Origin: a virus | Strand: one strand, 5' to 3' | IMG/VR virus record: IMGVR_UViG_3300045988_157946 | DNA: 38,786 bases | Part shown: piece by piece, positions 7,101-16,028 of the stretch | Position numbering within the stretch: the first letter of the stretch is position 1 | Layout: the number at the start of each line of letters is the position of its first letter | Position numbers and translations under genes: made by a program | The notes under the pieces: generated by a model | The model's input: only the letters and a program-made list of their open reading frames with translations | Told to the model about the DNA's origin: nothing | Database searches by the model: none

Positions 7101-10100
7101 CTGACATCACGGTAAAGTTTAAGCAACTCATCACTGCCAAGATATTCAAAAAAGTATTCCGGTTTCATAGAGCCGTATTTAATTGAATCAATAATACCCT
7201 TGTCTATCTTATACTTTGCATTTACTTGTTTAAGTTCTTCCTCAACCTTAGAAACACTCTGTTCGATAGTTTTATTTCTTTCGGAATAGAATATCTTATT
7301 AACATTATTGCACACTTGAACAGTTGTGCGCACAAGGTCATCCACCATTTTAAGCTCGTCAAGTGTCAATTGATTAGCATTCCTGTCACCAATCATTGTT
7401 TGCAACTGTTCAATATAGTTTTTGATATATCCGTTATATGCTTCGGTCACCTTTTCGTAATCGTCATTATTATTCAGCGATTTAAAACTGCGGTCGAGTG
7501 CATAAAGCTTTGAATATATTTTATCATCAAGCTTAGTACCAAATGATATAACATTTACTATTCCTTTGACTGCTTCGACAATATTATTAGGAATATGATT
7601 TTTCTTATCCTGCTTTGCAAGCTGTGCAAGTCTAATTGTGCTTTTTTGAAAGCTCTTATAAAGCAGACTGCGCTCACGCTTTTCTTTCTGCTTTTGCCTA
7701 TATTCAGCCTTATACTCAACTGTATCTCTATATAAGTTCGACCTATAATCTTGATTTTTCTTTATCTGCTCTTTGCGAAATTCAGAAAATTCCTTTTTAT
7801 GCTTTGCTTTTTCGTCAGCAAGCAGCTTTTGATAGTTGCTTATTTGCTGAGCATATTTCGACCTTGCTTTTAAAAAGCGCTTTTCGTTTTTATCCGCCTT
7901 GGTCTCATAAAGATTAGTCTTGAAATAATAAGAAAGAATATCATTAGCAAGGCTTTCGAGATATTCTTCCTTGCTGTAGCCGTAATCGTTTTCAATAATC
8001 TTATTTTTATAAGTATTAACCATATCAAGAAGCGCAATCGGCATATCCTGCGAATTGTCACTTGGCATTAATCCGCCAAATAATTCTTCCATTTCATTAG
8101 CCAAATCGTCAAGCGGTATACCATTTTCGGTAATGTTAATCTTTCCTCTTGCCGCATTCTTATACTTGCCGTAAGAGCCGAAATAATACGAAACCTCTTC
8201 CTTTTGCTTATCGGATAGCTTAATTTCTGTGTTCTTCAAATAATCAAGCATTTCCTGTTCTTCCTGCGTAGGCTGATACTTAATCTGCTTTTCGTTTTCA
8301 ACAAGCTTTTGTGCAAGGTCGTATGCAGCGTTAAAGAATTGCTGAGAAGTGTCGAGCGTGTGCCAGCTTTTCATTTCCTTAGCCACGTCAACGCCTGTCA
8401 TACGTGTAGGTGTAAGCTTAATGATTTTTCTTGCCGCAATTAATAACGAGTTCGTACTTACTTCCCTGCCGTTAGTAAGCTCAAATTGGTGCTTTAAGAC
8501 CTCATTGATTTCCTTAAGGTGCTTGTTTTCACGCTTAAGCTCTGCATACTCGGAATAGTCTACGTCTCGGGAGTATCTTTTTTTGCTTGTGTTATCATTA
8601 TCAGCATTTTTCCGATATCCGAATCCGTCACTTTGCCTTTCTGCTTGAAGCGTTTTTCTATTGAATGAATCAATATTTCCTGTTGTTCTTCCGTTTCTAT
8701 TGCTGCTAAGGCTTCTGCTATTGTATCTTTCGGAAGTTTCAAGTAATCCAGATAGTCTATTATCGTTTTTTGCTTTTCCGTGAACTCCATAATCATCCAA
8801 TCCCTTCAAATAATCTTCAATATTATATCTGCTGTAATATGTAATACCATTTTCATTGTATACAAAACGATATTTATAATCACCATAATTTATACTTCTT
8901 AACTCGTTAGAATATTTGTTTGCATATCTTGTTGTAATTGCACTTGATACAACAGCATATTCTTTTTTTCCAAGTCTGATTTCATTATAATCCGTATCAT
9001 CAAACTCGTCAATATTAACATCACGAGAAAATCTAACATCTTCAATTGAATTAACAACATCAAGTCGGCTCTGCTCGTTATTTGCTTTATATTCTGCATA
9101 CGAAACGCCTGCATTTTTTAATGCATTTTTCAACTTTTGACTTGCATTGTCAGGAATAACAGCAGTATATACTTCGTTAAAATAAACGGCTCTTTGCGGT
9201 TTTGCTTCAAAATAACTCGTTGGCAATGCACGAATATCATTAACGAGGGTCCAAATATCATCAACCGCCATATCACTGTAATTAGCCCAGCCTTTAAGCT
9301 CGGTTTTCAAATAATTTGCAAGCCCTGATTTTGTTTCTGTTTTTGCAACGCCGTCAACGATAATATCAGCCACAGCAAATGGGTTATCGTTTTTTGTCAT
9401 ACTTTGGGCAATTTCTTGAAATCTTTTATAAAGATTATTACGTATTTGATTGTATTCTTCATCATTAACATTTTGAAGTCGTGATTTATCATTTCTCACT
9501 TCATCAAGATTGTTATATTTCTTCGCTGAGCCACCGATTATATTGCTGACGAGAAAATTGCCACCCTGAGCATTTTGATTATTCATTGCCTTAACGATAT
9601 TTTCAAGGTTATAATCCCAATACAGACTTTCCCAATTCTTTCGATTACCGGATTCGGTAAAAGGGTCATTGCCTTTCCAAATACCCTTTTTCTCTACAAC
9701 GCCGTCAAATAAATCATTAAGCCAGCTTTCATATTCCTTTTGATTAATTTTATTATCAATAAGATTATGTGTTGCCTCATCATCTGAAACGAGTTCAACT
9801 TTTTCAGCTCCGTTTTTCAAATAATCGATAGCCTTTTTCACAAAAGCTTTTCTTTGAAACGCCGTCTTAATTTCATCCGAATTGTTGAAAATGTTATCTA
9901 TGTTCTCATCACTTATACCGGGAATTAAGGATTTATAGTAATCGGCGATTGATTGTTTTATCTTGCTATCGTATCTTTCAACCCATAATTTGCTCGGAAG
10001 CAACGGTTTGTTCTCAATTTCCTGAAGCGTATCTTTTATATTATCATTAAGAAAATCGAAAACGTCAGTATCTTCGCTTGTAAGAGTTGTTTTCTTTTCT

Positions 10101-13100
10101 CTTTGAACAATATCTCTAACCGGCTCAGACTTGTCTGCCAAATATAGCTCCTTTAAAGCATAATCATTTTTATACTTATTAACTAATTCGGCAATACTTC
10201 CTGCGCTGTCAACTTGGTCTTTGAAATTATCAGGCTGAAATAATGAAGCATTAGGCTTATATGCAAGTTTTTGCTTTACAAGATTGTTTATTTTGCTATA
10301 TAAATCCCATGCTTTCTTTTCATTAAGTTTGTGTTCGGCTTTAACTGATATCGGAGTATAAGCGTCAGAAGAATAAACCTTATTTGCATTACTTTCTTGT
10401 GGGTCAATAGTCTTTTTATCAAAAACAAGTGATATATCACCAAACTCATTATTTGCGCTGATATTTTGTGCTTTCATTATTGCTATCGACGGACTTGGTA
10501 AACCACCGAGTTCTAATGCACTGAGCAGTTTACTTTCGGTAGTATTATGAATTGCAACAAGTTCCTTTGCTTCCTCAATAGGTATATCAAGTGAAAATTT
10601 TGTTTCATTATTATTGACATTTGAAGAATTATTTGCTATATTATCTATGCGAGACAAGTCGTAACTATTATAACCTCTGGATTCTTTATCCTTTGCGTTC
10701 AGTGAGACTGTCTCGTTTTTATTTTGCAAATTCATATTATGAATATAAAACTTATTTTCAACAGGCGTTTTCTTTATTTTTATTTCAACATTATAATTTT
10801 CGCCGTCAACTATAGCAGGATGATTAAGTACCAAAAACGAACTACCCTCTTTTGAGTGGTAGTTTTTTTCATTTTCATTAACCACCTCTGCATATCTAAT
10901 CATATCTGGTAAGCTGTCAATAACAGCTATTTTTGCAGTTTTTATTTTACGTGGCAATGAAAAATATCGCTTTTCTGTAGATAATGTTTCTCTGATCCCG
11001 TTTTTAGTTATTGAAACAACAATATCCGTATCTGCATTTACAACAATATTTTTATTGTTTTGATTGAAAAAGTTATCGTTATCAAGAGTTGATATAACTC
11101 TTTTTTGAATATACACAAAATCATTAAGCGCATTTGCTGTATTTGATATGCCGAACTTTTCTAATTTCTCGTTAGAATTAATATCAACATCAGCAAATTT
11201 ACCTAGTGTCACGGAATTTTTAGTGTTTTCCTCAACCTCGGTACCGTTATAAAGATTATTGCTTGCATTATCGAGCATATCGAGAAACTGCTTGCGAATA
11301 TGGTCGGCTCTCTTTTGCTCCATTTCCATAGCGTTCCTTGCAGCCGTCTGCAAATTAGAAGTAGCAATCACACTTTTAATTTTTTCAATAACAGACTTAA
11401 GGAAATCTGCGATTGTTTCAATAATGCTTTTCTTTTCAGCTTCGGTTTTGTTGTCACTAAGCCACTTTGCAAACTGCTCAACGCCCTCATCCGTAGAAAA
11501 GAGACCCGATACAGCGTCGTTGGTAAGCTCGTCTATTGCCTCTGCTCTTGTTTTTGACCCCTCAGCCTTAGTATATGTATCGATATAAGCGTCAACAAGA
11601 GAGTTAAAATTATCTGCGCCCTTGTAGCTGACATACCAATCACGAATAGCGGCCTGCACGTTTTTGTATTCCTGCTCATTATAAGCAAGCCCAAACTCGC
11701 CAAGTTCGTGAATAAGTGCATTATACTCACCGCTACCGTCTGCATTAATGATAATTTTAGCAAGCGACGGAATAAACTGACCGTTTCCGCCCTGTCTGCC
11801 GTCGGAGTGTCTTTCAATATCCACTCTTGTTTTCCTTGCAACCTCGGTAAAGACATCATCAATCGTACTGTCACTGTCAGAAATATTCTTGTATTCACCT
11901 TCAATATGCCTTGTGGCTTTTGTAGGTGATTTTTTATTTTTTCTCTGCTCCTCAATATAAGCGTCATAGCTTTTAGCGTCTGTTTGTCCCGAACGGTAAA
12001 TATTAATCGCTTTGTCGCCGAGGAATTTAACGGCAGGATAAAAAGCCGGGTTTCTCATAACGAATTCATTAAACGGCACATCAGGCTTTGCAACGCCCAA
12101 ATCATAAAGCATTTTTGCCTGAGATACATACGTACTTACACTTGCGCCCTTTAAATTATTCGGGTCAAAATTGACATAAACGGCATTTGCCCCGGAGTTA
12201 CCGAAGTTTTTATTTATAATTTCATTTGTCAGGACCTGCTGCGTTTGATTTTTGAACGAAATATTGTTGTAATCAATGTCGCCGGCTGAGGTTTTAACCT
12301 TGAAATTACTGCGGTCGGCGCTGACCTCAAATGGGTGCTTGCCATAGATTTTTACCGCCGCTTGATTTCCGTCTGCCGTAATAGCAACAGCATTAACATT
12401 ATATTTAAGGTCGTTGCTCTGTTGTTCTGCTGTGAACGTTTCTGCAGGCTTTTGCGTATATTCCGATACGTTTGTTGTGTTTTCCTCTAAAGCGGCATTT
12501 TGAGCATTTTCTGCCCTGGGCTGATACTTGCTGTAGCCGCCATAAGTAAAGCTATAATCTGTATAGCCGTTCTTAAGCTTAGCCGACAATGCTTCAAGCG
12601 AATCGTTGCTGATATCTTTTTCAGTAAAGTCTGAGCCGAACTGTTCATTTATGGCATTAATAGCTTTTTCACTATCCTTAATCACCTTGACATCATATCG
12701 GCTCAATTCAAAGCCATTAACCATTTTGCTTATGGCCTTATTTATTCTGTCCTCGTTTTTTTCGCCCTCAATTGCCGTGGCAATGTTTTCCTTGAAGCCC
12801 TCTTTCACTATCTCTGTTTGAAGCTGTCCGAGCCTTTTTTCATTAATCTTACTGTAATCAGCTTCATCATAAATAGAAGCGCCGGCAAGTACATCACCGT
12901 TTGCTTGACTTGTCTTAACCTTTGCCTGCAATTCCTCGGCATACTTATATGCCTTACTGTTTTTATTCTTTGAAAGCCCCTCGTCTATAATCGCCTGAAT
13001 ATCGCTGTTGCTTTGTGCTTTTGCTTCTGCGCCGAGCTTTTTATTATCGATATTATTTTGTGTGCTTTCAATAATCTTGTTCGGTGCAATTTCGCTACCT

Positions 13101-14812
13101 GACATAACAGCGCCGGCAAAGCCTGCCTGCAAGGCGGCGAAGATATCCTCGGCAAGCATAGACTTAACAACCTCTTTGTCTGCCTCTTGTTCACTCAAAC
13201 CTTGTTCAAGATAGCTTCTTTTAAGCTGCGAAAGCTCGCTTAATTGTCCCTGTGTAATTTGGTCGTACGTTCTGTCAACAACATTACCGATAATTTCCTC
13301 TGTGCCCTCATTAAGTCCACTCACAAGAATTTTACCGAATGTGCTGTTTCCCTTGACGTCCGCCCATTCAAGCGGAGCGCCAACCATTTCCGTAAGGAAG
13401 TTAATTAATGCGCTTTTCACGCTGCTTTTAATCGTTTCACCCGAAGAACTTCCGCTTGCAAGCTGTGAAGACATATCATCGCCCATAGCCGCCGTACTGA
13501 ATACGCCGTTAATAAGTGCTTGTTTTGCCTTTTCTGCCTTACCCGAAGCGGTAATACCGCCTGTTATTCCGCCGCCAAAAAGTAATGAATTGTAAACATT
13601 CTCTGCCATTTGGTCTATGTTATCATATAGCGCCGCATTAACATTACCCATATTGTTGCCGAGAATTTCAATTTCGTTATTCTTATTGACGCTTATAGGG
13701 CCTATTTTTTTGCCGGCAAGATTGATAAGTCCGTCATTTGCTGCCTTATCTTCAAGTCCTTTTCGTGTGCCGTACGCTGCATTCGTAATAAAGTCCGCCG
13801 TGCCGTTAATACTGCTTTTACCGTTCACCGCCATATCAATGGTATTTGCTATATTCGCCTGCGCTCTTAAAGGGGAAGTAAGCGTTCTTGCTGCCTGCAT
13901 TATAACCGGGTGCTCCTGTGCCGCTTTTTCAGCGCCTTTTATAACCTTTGCCTGCTGCTCATTGTTTTTATTAGCAACATAATAATCAATCAAGTCCTCT
14001 GCCTTGATATCCTTATATCCTTTCTTGTTAATAAGGCTTTGAAGTTCTTTGAGTGAATCATTATATTTTTTGCTATAGTCAACGTCATTTTGACCCTTTG
14101 AGCCTACACCCATAGCATTAAGCATAGCACTGCTCATATCATCAGCGCCCGAAGCCTTGCTTTTCTCGGCAATTGCATTTCTATATCTGTATGCCTGCTC
14201 TGCTTTTTTTGATATTTCATTATCTTTGCTTAAAGCGTTCTTGTTTTTAGCTGCCGTTTCTTCTCTTGCTTTTTGCTTAATGTCAGCGTCGTATGCCTGT
14301 TGCTCATAAGCCTCTTGCTTAGATTTATTATAAATCTGCTTGACTTCATTTTTCCGCTCAGCGTCATACGGATTTCCGTACAAAGTCTCGCCGACTTTGC
14401 CTATTTCACTCATAAGTAAATTTTTCTTTTGCTTACTGCCGTTTAATGTCTCATACTCCTCCTTAAGCTTATCGTATGCACTCTGCTTTTTCTCTTTTTC
14501 CTTTTGAGCAGATTTATAGTTTTTCTTTGCCTCGGAAGCGGAAATACCGTCGGCAGGATTAATTATATTTAATATAGCCTTAAGCTGGCTTTTCCTCTCG
14601 TCATTAATTCCTTTCTTTTGCTCGTTTTTATAGGCCTTAGTGTTTTTAATATAATCATCATAATAAAGCTTATACGTATTTGCAGATACATTGCTGCGGT
14701 TATTCTTTGCGCCCTCATACATAGAACGAGAGTATTCGTATGCGTCCTTTTTCTGCTTTTCTTCATCACGCTTTTTAGCTTTTTTTCTTAATGTATCAAA
14801 ATCAATTGCCAT
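4181..14812 (-). CDS. Giant (3,543 aa) modular virion-associated protein; candidate internal/ejection 'polyvalent' protein
   Basis: The ORF is uninterrupted. The likely start is the ATG at 14812, with a GAGG core 5 nt upstream (the track begins 2 codons earlier at a GTG). It sits between internal-protein-like genes and the tail fibre. It has Gly-rich hydrophobic segments, an LIHELGEF segment (11693..11710) and multiple distinct sequence modules. Confidence 0.7.
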   Translation of the reverse strand: MAIDFDTLRKKAKKRDEEKQKKDAYEYSRSMYEGAKNNRSNVSANTYKLYYDDYIKNTKAYKNEQKKGINDERKSQLKAILNIINPADGISASEAKKNYKSAQKEKEKKQSAYDKLKEEYETLNGSKQKKNLLMSEIGKVGETLYGNPYDAERKNEVKQIYNKSKQEAYEQQAYDADIKQKAREETAAKNKNALSKDNEISKKAEQAYRYRNAIAEKSKASGADDMSSAMLNAMGVGSKGQNDVDYSKKYNDSLKELQSLINKKGYKDIKAEDLIDYYVANKNNEQQAKVIKGAEKAAQEHPVIMQAARTLTSPLRAQANIANTIDMAVNGKSSINGTADFITNAAYGTRKGLEDKAANDGLINLAGKKIGPISVNKNNEIEILGNNMGNVNAALYDNIDQMAENVYNSLLFGGGITGGITASGKAEKAKQALINGVFSTAAMGDDMSSQLASGSSSGETIKSSVKSALINFLTEMVGAPLEWADVKGNSTFGKILVSGLNEGTEEIIGNVVDRTYDQITQGQLSELSQLKRSYLEQGLSEQEADKEVVKSMLAEDIFAALQAGFAGAVMSGSEIAPNKIIESTQNNIDNKKLGAEAKAQSNSDIQAIIDEGLSKNKNSKAYKYAEELQAKVKTSQANGDVLAGASIYDEADYSKINEKRLGQLQTEIVKEGFKENIATAIEGEKNEDRINKAISKMVNGFELSRYDVKVIKDSEKAINAINEQFGSDFTEKDISNDSLEALSAKLKNGYTDYSFTYGGYSKYQPRAENAQNAALEENTTNVSEYTQKPAETFTAEQQSNDLKYNVNAVAITADGNQAAVKIYGKHPFEVSADRSNFKVKTSAGDIDYNNISFKNQTQQVLTNEIINKNFGNSGANAVYVNFDPNNLKGASVSTYVSQAKMLYDLGVAKPDVPFNEFVMRNPAFYPAVKFLGDKAINIYRSGQTDAKSYDAYIEEQRKNKKSPTKATRHIEGEYKNISDSDSTIDDVFTEVARKTRVDIERHSDGRQGGNGQFIPSLAKIIINADGSGEYNALIHELGEFGLAYNEQEYKNVQAAIRDWYVSYKGADNFNSLVDAYIDTYTKAEGSKTRAEAIDELTNDAVSGLFSTDEGVEQFAKWLSDNKTEAEKKSIIETIADFLKSVIEKIKSVIATSNLQTAARNAMEMEQKRADHIRKQFLDMLDNASNNLYNGTEVEENTKNSVTLGKFADVDINSNEKLEKFGISNTANALNDFVYIQKRVISTLDNDNFFNQNNKNIVVNADTDIVVSITKNGIRETLSTEKRYFSLPRKIKTAKIAVIDSLPDMIRYAEVVNENEKNYHSKEGSSFLVLNHPAIVDGENYNVEIKIKKTPVENKFYIHNMNLQNKNETVSLNAKDKESRGYNSYDLSRIDNIANNSSNVNNNETKFSLDIPIEEAKELVAIHNTTESKLLSALELGGLPSPSIAIMKAQNISANNEFGDISLVFDKKTIDPQESNANKVYSSDAYTPISVKAEHKLNEKKAWDLYSKINNLVKQKLAYKPNASLFQPDNFKDQVDSAGSIAELVNKYKNDYALKELYLADKSEPVRDIVQREKKTTLTSEDTDVFDFLNDNIKDTLQEIENKPLLPSKLWVERYDSKIKQSIADYYKSLIPGISDENIDNIFNNSDEIKTAFQRKAFVKKAIDYLKNGAEKVELVSDDEATHNLIDNKINQKEYESWLNDLFDGVVEKKGIWKGNDPFTESGNRKNWESLYWDYNLENIVKAMNNQNAQGGNFLVSNIIGGSAKKYNNLDEVRNDKSRLQNVNDEEYNQIRNNLYKRFQEIAQSMTKNDNPFAVADIIVDGVAKTETKSGLANYLKTELKGWANYSDMAVDDIWTLVNDIRALPTSYFEAKPQRAVYFNEVYTAVIPDNASQKLKNALKNAGVSYAEYKANNEQSRLDVVNSIEDVRFSRDVNIDEFDDTDYNEIRLGKKEYAVVSSAITTRYANKYSNELRSINYGDYKYRFVYNENGITYYSRYNIEDYLKGLDDYGVHGKAKNDNRLSGLLETSERYNSRSLSSNRNGRTTGNIDSFNRKTLQAERQSDGFGYRKNADNDNTSKKRYSRDVDYSEYAELKRENKHLKEINEVLKHQFELTNGREVSTNSLLIAARKIIKLTPTRMTGVDVAKEMKSWHTLDTSQQFFNAAYDLAQKLVENEKQIKYQPTQEEQEMLDYLKNTEIKLSDKQKEEVSYYFGSYGKYKNAARGKINITENGIPLDDLANEMEELFGGLMPSDNSQDMPIALLDMVNTYKNKIIENDYGYSKEEYLESLANDILSYYFKTNLYETKADKNEKRFLKARSKYAQQISNYQKLLADEKAKHKKEFSEFRKEQIKKNQDYRSNLYRDTVEYKAEYRQKQKEKRERSLLYKSFQKSTIRLAQLAKQDKKNHIPNNIVEAVKGIVNVISFGTKLDDKIYSKLYALDRSFKSLNNNDDYEKVTEAYNGYIKNYIEQLQTMIGDRNANQLTLDELKMVDDLVRTTVQVCNNVNKIFYSERNKTIEQSVSKVEEELKQVNAKYKIDKGIIDSIKYGSMKPEYFFEYLGSDELLKLYRDVRKGEDTWAVTIDNSKNYADDVREKYDWKSWDRKKRYDITTSLGDKLNLNLEQIMAIYAMSNRKQTLNHIIHGGIVVTDKPKSAIQTLKDKSSKWNDSLTHRLSYSDISKIRSMLSDEQRNYVRDMVKYLSTDMAEKGNEISRRLYDVELFKEENYYPARTAKNYMHRSSMETIGAKKIINSGFTNAIVEKAKNPLLLEEFDNVWASHVDEMASYNAFALPLENFDRVYNYHSSNGDEFSSIRTLVENAYGKKATGYISDLLEDLNGGVVHEAGSDIVDKLTSMFKKNAVFASASVAIQQPSAIGRALSIIDTKYFAKTTFTKRSYEEIKKYAPVAIIKEMGYFDTNMAQSTIDYLNNIDYKGKEKIAAFFKDGAFRDEVFGYVASKADEITWSHIWNACKAETKDKYPDLSTEESLQKAGERFTEVITKTQVYDSVFSRSALMRSKNGAVKMATAFMAEPTTSLNMLFNATVQAKRGKFSKKKATRIVASLVIASVINALLQSIVTAARNDDDDKTYAEKYIAELIPNFIDNANPVNQIAFLKDAISVFQGYDVTRADMSVFSDLYNSIHNLNSDNLTYTQKIESLAGSIGAFFGLPIKNVIRDINSVENVIKGAKNGNSFNPSMAKEATQSEIKEALLTDDVLAVFGLDLFPEKDKQQMIYEAIKDGNKDMYKRIADNVSNPDNYIKKGLIENDERVATAGLAYLDGDIGTAINTAKELESDGFDYEIAYKAIKAYSSEIQKAAGYKADSDDKKYKQSLETLISSGTDKETVKKAIDMVEIDEEQDSKDSKLYNKTDLINALNSGDKSVLKTVIDGNIATDISNGKTKTEAERSIKSSLKSAFKEEYLAADNSKRSQIKTKLESTGYFDDEDFTNWEASSYNTEAMVEAFKSNDTKNIRNYVDNRIKAKVANGMTQDNAVFGIRTSIANQYKAKFINGNADEKAKIITIMTKTGLYGNRTDVINYINKYWLK
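8560..8796 (-). CDS. Possible nested 78-codon ORF in the +1 frame of the giant gene
   Basis: It reads as a balanced helical protein (EFTEKQKTIIDYLDYLKLPKDTIAEALAAIETEEQQEILIHSIEKRF..). AAGGGA lies 4-5 nt upstream of its ATG. The host frame here is an S/R/N-rich low-complexity linker. Confidence 0.3.
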   Translation of the reverse strand: MIMEFTEKQKTIIDYLDYLKLPKDTIAEALAAIETEEQQEILIHSIEKRFKQKGKVTDSDIGKMLIMITQAKKDTPET

Positions 14813-14823
14813 AATCACACCTC

Positions 14824-16020
14824 TTATGCCAAGTCAAAATGATTAAGTAACCACTTTGCCTGTTCTTCATTAATAGTCTTTTTCTTAAGTAACCTTTCAA
14901 TTGCGTTTGTTCTGCCCTCATTGGTCCTGTTCATTCCGATATCTTGTAGCATACCGTTTGAAATACCTATATCGTCCTGTGTTTTTTCTTTATTACCGGA
15001 ATCATTTGACGAATTACTATTTCCTTTAGCAGTATAAGAATAGCCCGATTTGCCACTTGAACTTCCGCTTGACCGCCTGCCGCCTGAGCCACCGCTGCTC
15101 TTAGGTGGAGTATATTTGTATTGCTTATAAATAGCGTCTGCCTGATACTGAGTAATGTTACCTTTCTTAACCTGGGCTTTAAGATATGCTTTCATTCCTT
15201 TATTATCCTTTTTGTCCCGGTAGCTGTCCGCTTTGTCGGCAGCGATAGAAACATTAACCTCGTTCATAGACCAATATTCATCTCGCTTATTTTGTTTTGT
15301 ATCTTCCTTAAGCTGAGCCTTAAATTGTCTGCTGTTTTCTTTAAGGCTGTTATCGTTCCAATAGCGCTCACTGTTTGTTTCTGTGGCTTCATTTGCTGCG
15401 TTTTGCTCTTTCCAATATTGGTCAAGCCAAAAGTCTCTGTTATCCGTATATTGATTAATGGCATTAGCGTTCTCCTGATTCGACCTGCCTGCTGCAGCAC
15501 CGGCGATATCAGCCCAGGCATTGTTGCGGTTTACATTGCTGTTCTCAATATTTTTGAATCCCTCAATAGCTGCCTGATATGCTGCCAAATCGTTTTGTTT
15601 TTGTGCGTACCATTCTTCCTGGGATTGCTGATAAAACGCAGGCAAAGCAACGTCAACATTTGCCTGATACGCATTATCCGTTTGAGCGGCAACCTGCGGT
15701 GCGTATGTTGAGCCATATCCTGCCGTTAAATTCTCCGCCGCTTGCTGTGTCGCCGCCGTGGATAAACCGCCAAGCTGCCGATATAGCTCCGCCCACTGCT
15801 GATACGCTTTGTCATTTGCTTTGTCGTATGAGAAAGCACCTTTGTTTGCAACTCTGTTATACATTTCTTGCATTTGCTGCGCGTAATTATTAGGTGCATT
15901 ATTCGGCTGAGAATACGCCAACTGTTGAGCAGCCTCTCTCTGTCGCTTTTGCTCCTCTGTTTCGGCATAAGGAGTATTATATTGCTCGTATTTGCTTCTT
16001 GTGTTGTTTGATATAGCCAT
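14824..16020 (-). CDS. Q/N/A/Y-rich virion internal protein candidate (paralog of 16029..16886) with a Gly/Ser-rich tract
   Basis: AGGTG RBS. It shares the motif GxFSYD..D..Q....Y...G......AA..T.GY..(S/T)YA.Q.A with the upstream gene. It also contains an SSGGSGGRRSSGSSSGKSG tract. Confidence 0.6.
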   Translation of the reverse strand: MAISNNTRSKYEQYNTPYAETEEQKRQREAAQQLAYSQPNNAPNNYAQQMQEMYNRVANKGAFSYDKANDKAYQQWAELYRQLGGLSTAATQQAAENLTAGYGSTYAPQVAAQTDNAYQANVDVALPAFYQQSQEEWYAQKQNDLAAYQAAIEGFKNIENSNVNRNNAWADIAGAAAGRSNQENANAINQYTDNRDFWLDQYWKEQNAANEATETNSERYWNDNSLKENSRQFKAQLKEDTKQNKRDEYWSMNEVNVSIAADKADSYRDKKDNKGMKAYLKAQVKKGNITQYQADAIYKQYKYTPPKSSGGSGGRRSSGSSSGKSGYSYTAKGNSNSSNDSGNKEKTQDDIGISNGMLQDIGMNRTNEGRTNAIERLLKKKTINEEQAKWLLNHFDLA

Positions 16021-16028
16021 AATTACAC

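Noticed and set aside
4705-14769. Seven other same-strand alternative-frame ORFs inside the giant gene (4705..5022, 6370..6741, 7870..8061, 8899..9114, 11533..11967, 12985..13194, 14569..14769)
   Set aside because: Their translations are Arg, Lys, Leu and Thr-rich frame-shift-type sequences, while the main frame reads as normal protein there. Only 8560..8796 stood out and it is reported separately.
4181-14812. Giant ORF as an N4-type or crAss-type virion RNA polymerase
   Set aside because: The size (about 3,500 aa) is suggestive. However, I found no T7-like motif A/C (..D..; HDS) and no double-psi-barrel DxDxD/NADFDGD motif. LDGDIG at the C-terminus is only DxD. This cannot be excluded without profile searches.
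4181-14812. Giant ORF as a tape measure protein
   Set aside because: At about 0.15 nm per residue it would imply a tail of about 500 nm. No tube, chaperone-frameshift, Dit or Tal genes are nearby, and the modular globular-looking composition is unlike a tape measure protein.
15121-15711. 196-codon + strand ORF, plus other ORFs at 15264..15968 and 15977..16306
   Set aside because: These are antisense or alternative frames of the compositionally biased Q/N-rich genes. The products are low-complexity and there are no start signals.
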